Below, one piece after another: positions 10,563 through 18,619 of a stretch of 55,365 nucleotides of DNA (position 1 is its first letter; every line of letters begins with the position of its first letter). Origin of the DNA: a virus (lineage: Duplodnaviria; Caudoviricetes). Below the pieces are notes generated by a model that had not been told where the DNA came from, ran no database searches, and saw nothing but the letters and a program-made list of their open reading frames with translations. The stretch covers positions 1 to 55,365 of the IMG/VR virus record IMGVR_UViG_3300037722_000166; one strand, 5' to 3'. Made by a program: the position numbers and the translations under genes.

Positions 10563-10588
10563 GAAAAAGCCACATAGCGGCCGATATC

Positions 10589-10599
10589 TAGTGTATTAT
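10589..10599 (+). promoter_or_regulatory. Putative phage late promoter TAGTGTATTAT
   Basis: One of four exact copies at gene boundaries. Lies just upstream of the GGAGG RBS of 10616. Confidence 0.6.
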
Positions 10600-10615
10600 T
10601 GGATGGAGGCAAATC

Positions 10616-11464
10616 ATGACTAAACACACGCATGACCGAACATTCTTTGATACGTTAACTCCTATTAGTTGCTATTGGGCTGGCTTTCTTGCGGCAGACG
10701 GTTACGTTTATCCGCCCAATGGAGGCATTCGTCTTGGTCTTTCTGAAAAAGACGTAGAACAAGTTAGTAGATTTAAACAAGCAATATCATCCAGCAGCCC
10801 CGTACGTGGTTTTGATACTTCAAATGGTTATCGTTGTGCTCAAATAGATATCTATGGAGCCCACGAATGTCAAATTGCACTCAATCAAACATTCTGTATT
10901 ACTCAAGCAAAAAGCAAAACACTGATGCCACCTAAACTTGAAAAAGAGAAAGACATTATACACTTCATTCGTGGTTACATGGACGGCGACGGCTCTATTT
11001 CATATAATGGTAGTGGGCGTAATAATCATTGGACTCTTTCATTCTTGGGAACGCAAGCAATGCTTGAGTGGGTTAAGCGACAAATTCAACATTACGTTGT
11101 TAGCGTTGGTAATCCATCTATTTCTCCTTGTCGTGGTACCTATCAAATCATCTTTGGTTGTTGGCAAGTTCGTCCTATTCTTGAATGGCTATACCAATAT
11201 TCAACTCCAGAAATACGACTTAAACGTAAATACCAAAAGGCACTTGAGGTTTTCGCATTTTATCCAGAACAGAAGCGTCAATATGTATCTAGATATCGTG
11301 GCGTAGGTTTTTTTAAGCGTACTGGAAAATGGAAGGCAGAAATCAAGCATAAAAAACAACGTTATCATCTTGGCTATTTTGAGACGGAACACGAAGCCGC
11401 TGTGGCATACAATAACAAGGCTCGTGAACTAGGACTAGAGGATCGGTGTTATGCAATCCCATGA
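10616..11464 (+). CDS. Free-standing LAGLIDADG homing endonuclease with C-terminal AP2 domain
   Basis: Motifs YWAGFLAADG and FIRGYMDGDG. C-terminal SRYRGVGF..TGKWKAEI....YHLGYFETEHEAAVAYN is AP2-like. AT-rich relative to its flanks. Confidence 0.88.
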   Translation: MTKHTHDRTFFDTLTPISCYWAGFLAADGYVYPPNGGIRLGLSEKDVEQVSRFKQAISSSSPVRGFDTSNGYRCAQIDIYGAHECQIALNQTFCITQAKSKTLMPPKLEKEKDIIHFIRGYMDGDGSISYNGSGRNNHWTLSFLGTQAMLEWVKRQIQHYVVSVGNPSISPCRGTYQIIFGCWQVRPILEWLYQYSTPEIRLKRKYQKALEVFAFYPEQKRQYVSRYRGVGFFKRTGKWKAEIKHKKQRYHLGYFETEHEAAVAYNNKARELGLEDRCYAIP

Positions 11465-11639
11465 CGACATCAAGCTTCGCAAGGTAGGTGATCCTGAGCC
11501 AGAACGTAACGAACTTCCTCGTGGAGTTCGTGCTCTGGTGATGGGTAATGAAGTGTACTTTGTACGTAGAGTGGCTGGGCGTTTCGTGCCCCTACCAGAA
11601 GAAGACCAAGCAAGGCTTAGAGAGAAGCATGTAAAATGA
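11451..11639 (+). CDS. Small hypothetical protein
   Basis: 62 aa, GAGG RBS, overlaps both neighbours. Confidence 0.5.
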   Translation: MQSHDDIKLRKVGDPEPERNELPRGVRALVMGNEVYFVRRVAGRFVPLPEEDQARLREKHVK

Positions 11640-12289
11640 GTGGTGGCTTCCCGGAAATCCGCGTGTTCTCTTGGGACACGGCTGAAATTGCGAGTCCTGT
11701 GGGATCACGGACATCGCCCGGGGGCTCGTTTGCATTCAGAAACATGGTCTCGTCCGGTTGCCAGACCGCCGACCCGAACAATCCCGGCACAACCTCAGGT
11801 CTTCTTATTTTTGAGCAGACTGAGTTTGATCTTACTGACCCGCCGCTTCCCTCTCACCTTGAGTCTAAGGTGGCTGCCATTACGATCAACGTAGCCAACA
11901 GCGGAACGGGTATGTCTGATATTCGTTTGTTCTTGGCTGACGATAGTGCATTCCAGGGCAGCTCTGATCAGGGGCTAGATAGAGCCTTCGTTCAATTTGC
12001 AGCCAGCGGTAGCTTCTGGGCATACAACGTAGAGATGCCCTCGGGAGCAGTAGCCCAACTTCCATTGACTGTTCCCGCAGTACCAAACGTATTCCGCCAA
12101 GATGGCGGCCACGCCCTCGTTGGACAGGACGACCTGAATTCATCAGAGTTTGTGTACTTGAATCTTGTACTGCCTCTAGGGATGCCGCTAGGAACCTTTG
12201 GGGCTTGTGGATCTGGACTGCTCAGATTCGGTTTAGTCTTTAACTACTGGTGTAACGACTTCATTCTGGAGTTCGGAGATGTCGGTTAG
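11636..12289 (+). CDS. Putative virion structural protein (paralog of 10002..10562)
   Basis: 217 aa, FPEI N-terminus and SEFVYLNLVL..MPLGTFG..GSGLLRFGLVFNY C-terminus. Confidence 0.55.
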   Translation: MSGGFPEIRVFSWDTAEIASPVGSRTSPGGSFAFRNMVSSGCQTADPNNPGTTSGLLIFEQTEFDLTDPPLPSHLESKVAAITINVANSGTGMSDIRLFLADDSAFQGSSDQGLDRAFVQFAASGSFWAYNVEMPSGAVAQLPLTVPAVPNVFRQDGGHALVGQDDLNSSEFVYLNLVLPLGMPLGTFGACGSGLLRFGLVFNYWCNDFILEFGDVG

Positions 12290-12297
12290 TGTATTAT
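12287..12297 (+). promoter_or_regulatory. Putative phage late promoter TAGTGTATTAT
   Basis: Exact copy. Its TAG is the stop codon of 11636..12289. Precedes the leader of the 61-aa gene. Confidence 0.6.
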
Positions 12298-12352
12298 TCC
12301 ATGAGGACCATCTCGGTCTTTCGAACGTTCGATAAACTGTAGGAGGTAAGCT

Positions 12353-12538
12353 ATGGCTACTTTTAACGCTACTAGCAGCACTAACAACGCAAACACAGTC
12401 CTCTGGGGCTGGAGCACGAAGCTCGTTTGGCACACCGACCGCAAGGTAACTGGTGCTGCTCGCGGTGCTGAAGTCCAGGCCGTAGAGAACCTGGGTGTTG
12501 GTGTGGCAAGTGGGAATCCGTTTACGTTGCTAACGTAA
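12353..12538 (+). CDS. Small, probably highly expressed virion protein
   Basis: 61 aa, perfect AGGAGG RBS, own promoter motif, strongly biased codons (GCT/ACT/AAC/GGT). Confidence 0.65.
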   Translation: MATFNATSSTNNANTVLWGWSTKLVWHTDRKVTGAARGAEVQAVENLGVGVASGNPFTLLT

Positions 12539-12558
12539 TTTAACAGGGTTTCTGCATC

Positions 12559-12595
12559 AAAAAATGGGGCGGCGGTTCATTATGAACCGCCGCCC
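12559..12595. terminator. Perfect 14-bp inverted repeat, terminator-like with the U-tract on the minus strand
   Basis: GGGCGGCGGTTCAT (12567-12580), T, ATGAACCGCCGCCC (12582-12595). An A6 run lies at 12559-12564. Confidence 0.6.
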
Positions 12596-12606
12596 TAGTG
12601 TATTAT
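12596..12606 (+). promoter_or_regulatory. Putative phage late promoter TAGTGTATTAT
   Basis: Exact copy abutting the hairpin, upstream of HNH gene 12645. Confidence 0.6.
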
Positions 12607-12644
12607 AAACTGGACGTAGTTTTTCTTAGTCCACGGAGAAAGGT

Positions 12645-13193
12645 ATGTATAAGACTTGTAGTAAATGCGGGCTCAACAGGCCCCTAGTGGAGTTCTATAA
12701 GAACTGCCATCAAAAAGATGGTTATCGCTCCGACTGTAAGGTGTGTCATATGCCGGTCGTTCGCCGTTATCAAGCGACAGAGCGTGGTCTAGAGATTGCT
12801 CAAAAATCAGAGCGTAAGCGTGTGGGTACCGAGACACGAAAACGCTCCCATAATCGTGCTAATCGTCGTTATAAGAAAACGCAGCACGGCCGTATGGTGG
12901 AACGGGCATGTTATCATCGACGCCGGGAATTGGCACAGAGTCTCGATACTTCCTTCTCTAAGGAAGATGTATACGAAGTCTATCAACGTTTTGACCACAA
13001 GTGTTTTGCCTGCAATTCTCAAGACAATCTATCCATCGATCATCACAGACCATTATCAAAAGGTCATCCTCTGAGTGGACAGAATGCTGTCTTATTATGC
13101 GTTTCATGTAATGCATCAAAAGGTTCAAAACAACCCGAAGAATTTTATTCGCAAACACAACTAGAGGTCCTCAATGGTTACGGCATCGTTTGA
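12645..13193 (+). CDS. HNH homing endonuclease with N-terminal zinc finger
   Basis: KTCSKC...CKVC zinc finger. CFAC..NLSIDHHRPLSKG...NAVLLCVSCNASK HNH core. Confidence 0.88.
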   Translation: MYKTCSKCGLNRPLVEFYKNCHQKDGYRSDCKVCHMPVVRRYQATERGLEIAQKSERKRVGTETRKRSHNRANRRYKKTQHGRMVERACYHRRRELAQSLDTSFSKEDVYEVYQRFDHKCFACNSQDNLSIDHHRPLSKGHPLSGQNAVLLCVSCNASKGSKQPEEFYSQTQLEVLNGYGIV

Positions 13194-13650
13194 GCACGAG
13201 GGTAATTCTGGCCTTCTGGTGCTTACCACGCACTTTGGTAAAACAGTACAGGTGGCGTGCGAAAAACAAGACGACGAAACGTTTCGCCTAGGCGGCACGG
13301 CGATCAATGAAGTCGTTGTGTACGAGGGGTTGGTTCTAAGATTGCCAACACTACCTCCCTTTGCTCATTTTCGAGCCTTCCGTTCAGAAGAGGAATACTT
13401 CGAAGGCACTGGCACTATGTCTCACGAGGAGTGGGATGCTGCTGATCTGCATTGCTGGATTACTGAGTATTACGACCTAGATATGGAAGGTAAGAAGCCT
13501 GGTTGGTTCATTAGCAAGAATCCTATTTGCGACGCTCATTTTTTATTCGTTAACTTAGACGTGATAGATGGCGGTTGTAACACTATGAAAAGGTATCGTG
13601 TTTCGCCATTGACGGGTGAGTATAAAGTAATGGAGACCATAAATGGCTGA
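13174..13650 (+). CDS. Hypothetical protein
   Basis: 158 aa, GAGG RBS, overlaps both neighbours. Confidence 0.55.
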   Translation: MVTASFEHEGNSGLLVLTTHFGKTVQVACEKQDDETFRLGGTAINEVVVYEGLVLRLPTLPPFAHFRAFRSEEEYFEGTGTMSHEEWDAADLHCWITEYYDLDMEGKKPGWFISKNPICDAHFLFVNLDVIDGGCNTMKRYRVSPLTGEYKVMETING

Positions 13651-16600
13651 TCTCATCAATGATGGTTCATTAGTTGGATTTTGGCCCCTATTAGAACCGA
13701 GTGGTTCCCTACTTTTTAAGAACTATTCGCCGGCATACGCTAAATATCCTAGTGGTATTTCTTTTGACTTTCAGGTCGCTACTGCCGATGCTCTTCTTAA
13801 AGAAGAACAGAATTCATTTTGGCCTGGAACCAATAGGGTTTTTAATAGTGAGTCTGGTGTTTTTGTTACTGGTTATAGTGTTGGTGGACACTGGAAGCTT
13901 AATACGGATTCTTCTCCATTTTCTAAGTATTTAGTTCTTGGTGGTGGTGGGCGACAACAAGCTGAACAGTGTTTATCGTTGTCTATAGCCGAAAGTGGCT
14001 TTACAGTTGGATGTTGGGTATATCCGAACAGTGATGGCTACCTTGCCGCACACAGCAGTGCTTTTAACTTAAGTGCTGGTAATACTTGGAGTGTCGCATA
14101 TGCTAGAGCCCATACATTACTTGGGCAGTTTTCAGCCTTTATAAATAATGGTGGATGGTATCTAGGAGTATCTGGCAGTTTATCTCGTGGTGCTCAACAT
14201 GACTTTGACATAAACGCTGGTAATACGTTGGGTGCGTTTGTTTCTATGACAAAGGCTAATAACTCGGTGGCCGATCTTTTACTTGAGACGCCAATTGAAA
14301 GCCATCGTTATACTCACCTGACCGTTAGCTATAGATATCTTGGTGGTAGCAATAATCAATTAGTCTTATATAAAGATGGTAGAGTGGTTGCTAGTGGAAC
14401 TACAGATGATAATTTAACATTATCTAATGCGTCGCTTATTAGTGACGCTAATCATCGTTCATTGGCTATAGGTGCGTGTGATCCAGAGGCGGTAACGTCT
14501 GCGGCCAATCACTATGATCGCACTAGTGGTTGGAATAATTTGGTCTCTGGTGTATACCATTTTCGTCGCGTTTTACACGAAGGAGAGGTTCTTGAACTAC
14601 ATGAACGTGGTGGACTTATTGCGGAAGAATCTAATACATCTCCATTTCAAGAAGTACTTTTAACAGACCCCAGTATTGTTGCTTATTATCCAATTTTTGA
14701 TCAATTGTTTACTGATGTTAGCCGTAATCATTCTCCGCTAATTAGTAATTTTGACATGGGGTTTGATGGCAATGGTACATTGCCCTTAACTGGTCCATTT
14801 GGTGGTGGTACTATTTATAATGATGGCGTGAATGATTTTATTGTTCATGCTGCAAGTAGTGGTACCTGCTATGATTTATTAAGCAACGGAAGTTGGACAA
14901 TAGGATTGAATGTATCACTAGACAATTCTGTTGATAGAGATGGTCATATAGTTTTTTCTTGGGGATCAGTAACTTCTCTTACGGTCGGCACTAGTTTACC
15001 CGCATCAGTGCCACCAACTCTTAACACTGCTGGAATTTGTTGTACCACGAGTGGTGTAACTAATCAACAGCGTCACGTTATTGAGATATATTCTCTTGGC
15101 GATGTTACTGATACAGACAGTATACTCGTTTTTGATATCAATGGCGTAAAAGAGTATTATGATGGTGCTGTTTGTCATTTAGCACTTGCATACGATGATA
15201 GTACTAAAGGTATAGCTGCTTATCTTAATGGTATACAACAGGGGAGTGGTACGTTAGTCAATTCCCTTAGTGAACAATTGTTGACTATTACTGGTATGGG
15301 ATATCCGTTATTATTTGGTAACGGTATTATTGACGATATTTCTGATAATAACGGGCGTGGTCTTCATGCTGCCGGTGGTCAAGATGCTTCTATTGGACAA
15401 ATGTTTTTAGCTAAAAGAGCATTGTTACCAGCAGAAATTCGAGCTATTGCTGTTAGTGGTATTAATTTTACGCAAGTTTATCATTCGCATCATGATCCAA
15501 GATTAGTAGGATATTGGCCAGCTACTATTTTTCAAATAGATGATGTTATTGTACCAGATAAAGCTCGTTGTTGGAGTCAAACACCCGGCAACTTGACTCG
15601 TGGAGATTCTTTTGCGAAGCAGGATTACTGGTATGGTCGTGATCGTACTGACAATAGTACCAGTATTTGGAATAATGATGGTACCGCAAGATATAATCAA
15701 TTTGGTAATCGAACACTGCCTCCCGAATTAGATTCTTATGGTAATCTTGGTATAACTTCTGGATCTTTTATTGTACGTGGTGGCACTCCCGGTCTTGCAA
15801 ATGTTGTAGACGCGGTTAACGTATCGTCTTCAATTGGCAATTTTTCTTCTCGATATAAAGCGAATTTCGAACAAAATGATTTAGTTCCACAAAGTATTCT
15901 TGGTGAATTTATATTATCATATGAAGTTACTCCTAGCGGCAATATTCCCGCTACCGTTATTGGTATGAATTCATCTGCTGGTACTCCAGCACATAATTCA
16001 CTATTGCATGTTTATGGTACAGATGCTTTTAATGATACGCGATCATACCTTACTACACTTGAGGCTGGCTCTGGTTCAGGAGTAAGTATTGTTTGGTTGG
16101 GCGAAAATAATACTCCATTGGTATCTGGAAATATACCATATGGTATTCCTAGTCGTGTGTTATTACATGGTAAATTTGATTTACCACATTATCGCAATGG
16201 TTTTGCGGGTGGAACTACACCATATTCTGTTAGTTTGTGGATTGGTGGAGAATTGGTGCATAGACGCACAATGACATCAGCAACAGCACAGCTTTGGAGC
16301 AATGCTGCACCAGTATCATTAACGGATGTATTGTCGTTTGGTGGTGCTGTTGGTAACACTACTGCCTATGCTACTCAATATACAGCATTAGATAGTGGAC
16401 TAGGAGAAATTTATCTTCGTGAAATTTTTCTAATGCGTGGTATCTTCTTTGAAGATGAAATCAGGACTTTAGCAACTAGCGGTATTCAAACTAGAGAAAT
16501 TAGTGGATTCTCTAATGAACAATCAACATCGCAGGTTACCATTGCCGATCCTAATTTGGTATGTTATTATCGATTTAATGGATTTGATGGCGGCGGCTCT

Positions 16601-18616
16601 GGTACTACGGATTTAAGCTTAAATAACAATCATTTATTTGGAGCACAACAAAGTATCGTCGAAAATGGATTAGGCACACTTAGTGAGGGTGCATTTTTCT
16701 TAAGAGCATTTCCTGGTCCGTTTGAAAATTCTAGTTTGGGTGTTCAGTGTAGTGGATTTTCTTATTATGATCGTAGTCCTAATACGACTTCTTCGCCACA
16801 CAATATGCCAACCTTTATGGCGTCTGGGGCAAGATTCAATTCTCCAAATAATAGTTTTTCTGTAGGATTTTTCTTCATAAAGAAGAATGAAACCAATCCA
16901 GCCTCTCATTTCAATGCTATTGTTTCATATGGATTAACCCCTGGTAGTACCGTTATTGATACTGGAACAAGCACTGGATATGGTTGGATGATTGGCCAAG
17001 ACGATACTCAAAACATGAAAATGGTGATATCGCTCGATGGCAATATGTATCTTAATAATGCTGCCAACGCTGCTCAGGGTGGACAACTAGTTGTTGGATC
17101 ATTTGGTGAGGGCGGATCAATATACGAAGATTTTAAGCAATGGGAGCAATATCGTGCTGGTCATTATCGTTTACCACGTCTTGATGCTTGGAGTCATTAT
17201 TGTTGGGTGTATGATGCTGTGGCTAGAGTGGTTAGTCATTATGTTGATGGAGATCTTGTTGATTTCAAATACATGAAAGACGGTAAGGATCCTCAGGTTC
17301 CAGACGAATTTTCTAGATACCTAACGTTTCTTCAACATACGTCTACGGCTCCGTGGACGAATAGCCCTACGGTTTGCCACGAACACGAGGGTGCATTAAC
17401 TGATTTTTTCTATTTTGACGATGCACTAACGCAAGAAGAGATTCGTTATATAGCTTTTAATGGCATTGATGATGTTATGGGTACACCAATAAGTGGCATA
17501 GTTGGTGGCTTCATTCATGGCCAAGACACTGGCTCCGGTCATTTTGGTGGCTACTCTCGTGGTCTAGATACTGGCTCTGGTCTTATTGGTGGCTTTATGC
17601 CCGGTGGTCTAGAAGGAAGCGGTGTATTTGGAGGATACGTTTCTGGCGTTGTCTTTGGTAATGGCACGATTGGTGGCTGGATCCGTGGTCAGGATGATAT
17701 GTCCGGAATCCTCGGTGGCTACATGCGAGGCGTTGACGTTGGTTCTGGATCTGTTGCTGGCTACATTGCTGGTCAGGATGTAGGCTCTGGTCACTTCGGC
17801 GGCCTTATTTTTGCTGCCGAGATTCCGAGTGGTCTATTCGGCGGCTATATGAGTGCTGCTGATATTGCCAGTGGTGTACTTGGCGGATTTATGCTGGGTG
17901 GTCTCCAGGGTAACTTCGCGTTTGATGCTGGCTTCACTGTTCAAGTGCTGGCGGCTGAAGACTTCGATGCTCAGCTTGAGATCGCTAAGACTGTCTCGTC
18001 TGACTTCGACGCCAAGGTCATCATCTTCCAGGATGAGATTCCGCCCCTTGTTGACATCATTGTGCCGGATGCATCTGTTAGTGGTCTTGCTCCTCCGTTC
18101 AACCAATACTTCGTAGCGAAAGCATCTGGTCAACAAGGAAAGACTATCACGTCAACCAAGTGGACCTTCGGTGATCTCACGCCCAGCGTGACGGTTGCTG
18201 AGAGTGGTGCTGGTTGCTACCCGACTCAACATTTGTACGCATCGAGCGGTTTCTTCATCGCTAAGTTTGAAGCTACCGACTCTGATGGCCTACATGCTTC
18301 TGCTACACGCATCATCAATGCTGCTTCTGGTATTGATCCCGTACTCATTAGCTTGTCTGGTGTTCCGCGTTCTGGTAACGCCGAACTGATTGTAGATTTC
18401 ACTACCGACGTAAACATTCTGCCGCCTGGAGTGAGTATCGTAAGTCAGCTTCTCAACTACGACGATGGACAAACTACAATCTCGTTCAATCCGACACACA
18501 ACTATACTCAGCCGGGCACGTACAAGCCGATTTGGTGCGTGCGAGATTCACGAGGTATCATTTGGTGCGATAGCTTGGAGGCAGGCAATGACTTCCTCGA
18601 AAGCGGAGGGGCGTAA
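13643..18616 (+). CDS. Large tail fibre/adhesin: 4 LamG/concanavalin-like domains, Gly-rich 14-aa repeat, 2 PKD domains
   Basis: Four units begin LVGFWPL / IVAYYPI / LVGYWPA / LVCYYRF and end RRVLHEGEV / KRALLPAEI / RGIFFEDEI / DDALTQEEI (LamG signature). C-terminal KWTFGD...HLYASSG and NYDDG...PTHNYTQPGTY are PKD-like. Confidence 0.75.
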   Translation: MADLINDGSLVGFWPLLEPSGSLLFKNYSPAYAKYPSGISFDFQVATADALLKEEQNSFWPGTNRVFNSESGVFVTGYSVGGHWKLNTDSSPFSKYLVLGGGGRQQAEQCLSLSIAESGFTVGCWVYPNSDGYLAAHSSAFNLSAGNTWSVAYARAHTLLGQFSAFINNGGWYLGVSGSLSRGAQHDFDINAGNTLGAFVSMTKANNSVADLLLETPIESHRYTHLTVSYRYLGGSNNQLVLYKDGRVVASGTTDDNLTLSNASLISDANHRSLAIGACDPEAVTSAANHYDRTSGWNNLVSGVYHFRRVLHEGEVLELHERGGLIAEESNTSPFQEVLLTDPSIVAYYPIFDQLFTDVSRNHSPLISNFDMGFDGNGTLPLTGPFGGGTIYNDGVNDFIVHAASSGTCYDLLSNGSWTIGLNVSLDNSVDRDGHIVFSWGSVTSLTVGTSLPASVPPTLNTAGICCTTSGVTNQQRHVIEIYSLGDVTDTDSILVFDINGVKEYYDGAVCHLALAYDDSTKGIAAYLNGIQQGSGTLVNSLSEQLLTITGMGYPLLFGNGIIDDISDNNGRGLHAAGGQDASIGQMFLAKRALLPAEIRAIAVSGINFTQVYHSHHDPRLVGYWPATIFQIDDVIVPDKARCWSQTPGNLTRGDSFAKQDYWYGRDRTDNSTSIWNNDGTARYNQFGNRTLPPELDSYGNLGITSGSFIVRGGTPGLANVVDAVNVSSSIGNFSSRYKANFEQNDLVPQSILGEFILSYEVTPSGNIPATVIGMNSSAGTPAHNSLLHVYGTDAFNDTRSYLTTLEAGSGSGVSIVWLGENNTPLVSGNIPYGIPSRVLLHGKFDLPHYRNGFAGGTTPYSVSLWIGGELVHRRTMTSATAQLWSNAAPVSLTDVLSFGGAVGNTTAYATQYTALDSGLGEIYLREIFLMRGIFFEDEIRTLATSGIQTREISGFSNEQSTSQVTIADPNLVCYYRFNGFDGGGSGTTDLSLNNNHLFGAQQSIVENGLGTLSEGAFFLRAFPGPFENSSLGVQCSGFSYYDRSPNTTSSPHNMPTFMASGARFNSPNNSFSVGFFFIKKNETNPASHFNAIVSYGLTPGSTVIDTGTSTGYGWMIGQDDTQNMKMVISLDGNMYLNNAANAAQGGQLVVGSFGEGGSIYEDFKQWEQYRAGHYRLPRLDAWSHYCWVYDAVARVVSHYVDGDLVDFKYMKDGKDPQVPDEFSRYLTFLQHTSTAPWTNSPTVCHEHEGALTDFFYFDDALTQEEIRYIAFNGIDDVMGTPISGIVGGFIHGQDTGSGHFGGYSRGLDTGSGLIGGFMPGGLEGSGVFGGYVSGVVFGNGTIGGWIRGQDDMSGILGGYMRGVDVGSGSVAGYIAGQDVGSGHFGGLIFAAEIPSGLFGGYMSAADIASGVLGGFMLGGLQGNFAFDAGFTVQVLAAEDFDAQLEIAKTVSSDFDAKVIIFQDEIPPLVDIIVPDASVSGLAPPFNQYFVAKASGQQGKTITSTKWTFGDLTPSVTVAESGAGCYPTQHLYASSGFFIAKFEATDSDGLHASATRIINAASGIDPVLISLSGVPRSGNAELIVDFTTDVNILPPGVSIVSQLLNYDDGQTTISFNPTHNYTQPGTYKPIWCVRDSRGIIWCDSLEAGNDFLESGGA
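17489..17911 (+). repeat. Ten tandem 14-aa (42-nt) repeats, consensus xSGxhGGaxxGxDx
   Basis: ISGIVGGFIHGQDT / GSGHFGGYSRGLDT / GSGLIGGFMPGGLE / GSGVFGGYVSGVVF / GNGTIGGWIRGQDD / MSGILGGYMRGVDV / GSGSVAGYIAGQDV / GSGHFGGLIFAAEI / PSGLFGGYMSAADI / ASGVLGGFMLGGLQ. Confidence 0.9.
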
Positions 18617-18619
18617 GGT

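Noticed and set aside
10563-11464. Group I introns around the free-standing endonucleases
   Set aside because: Flanking genes look complete, and the spacers are too short for a ribozyme core.
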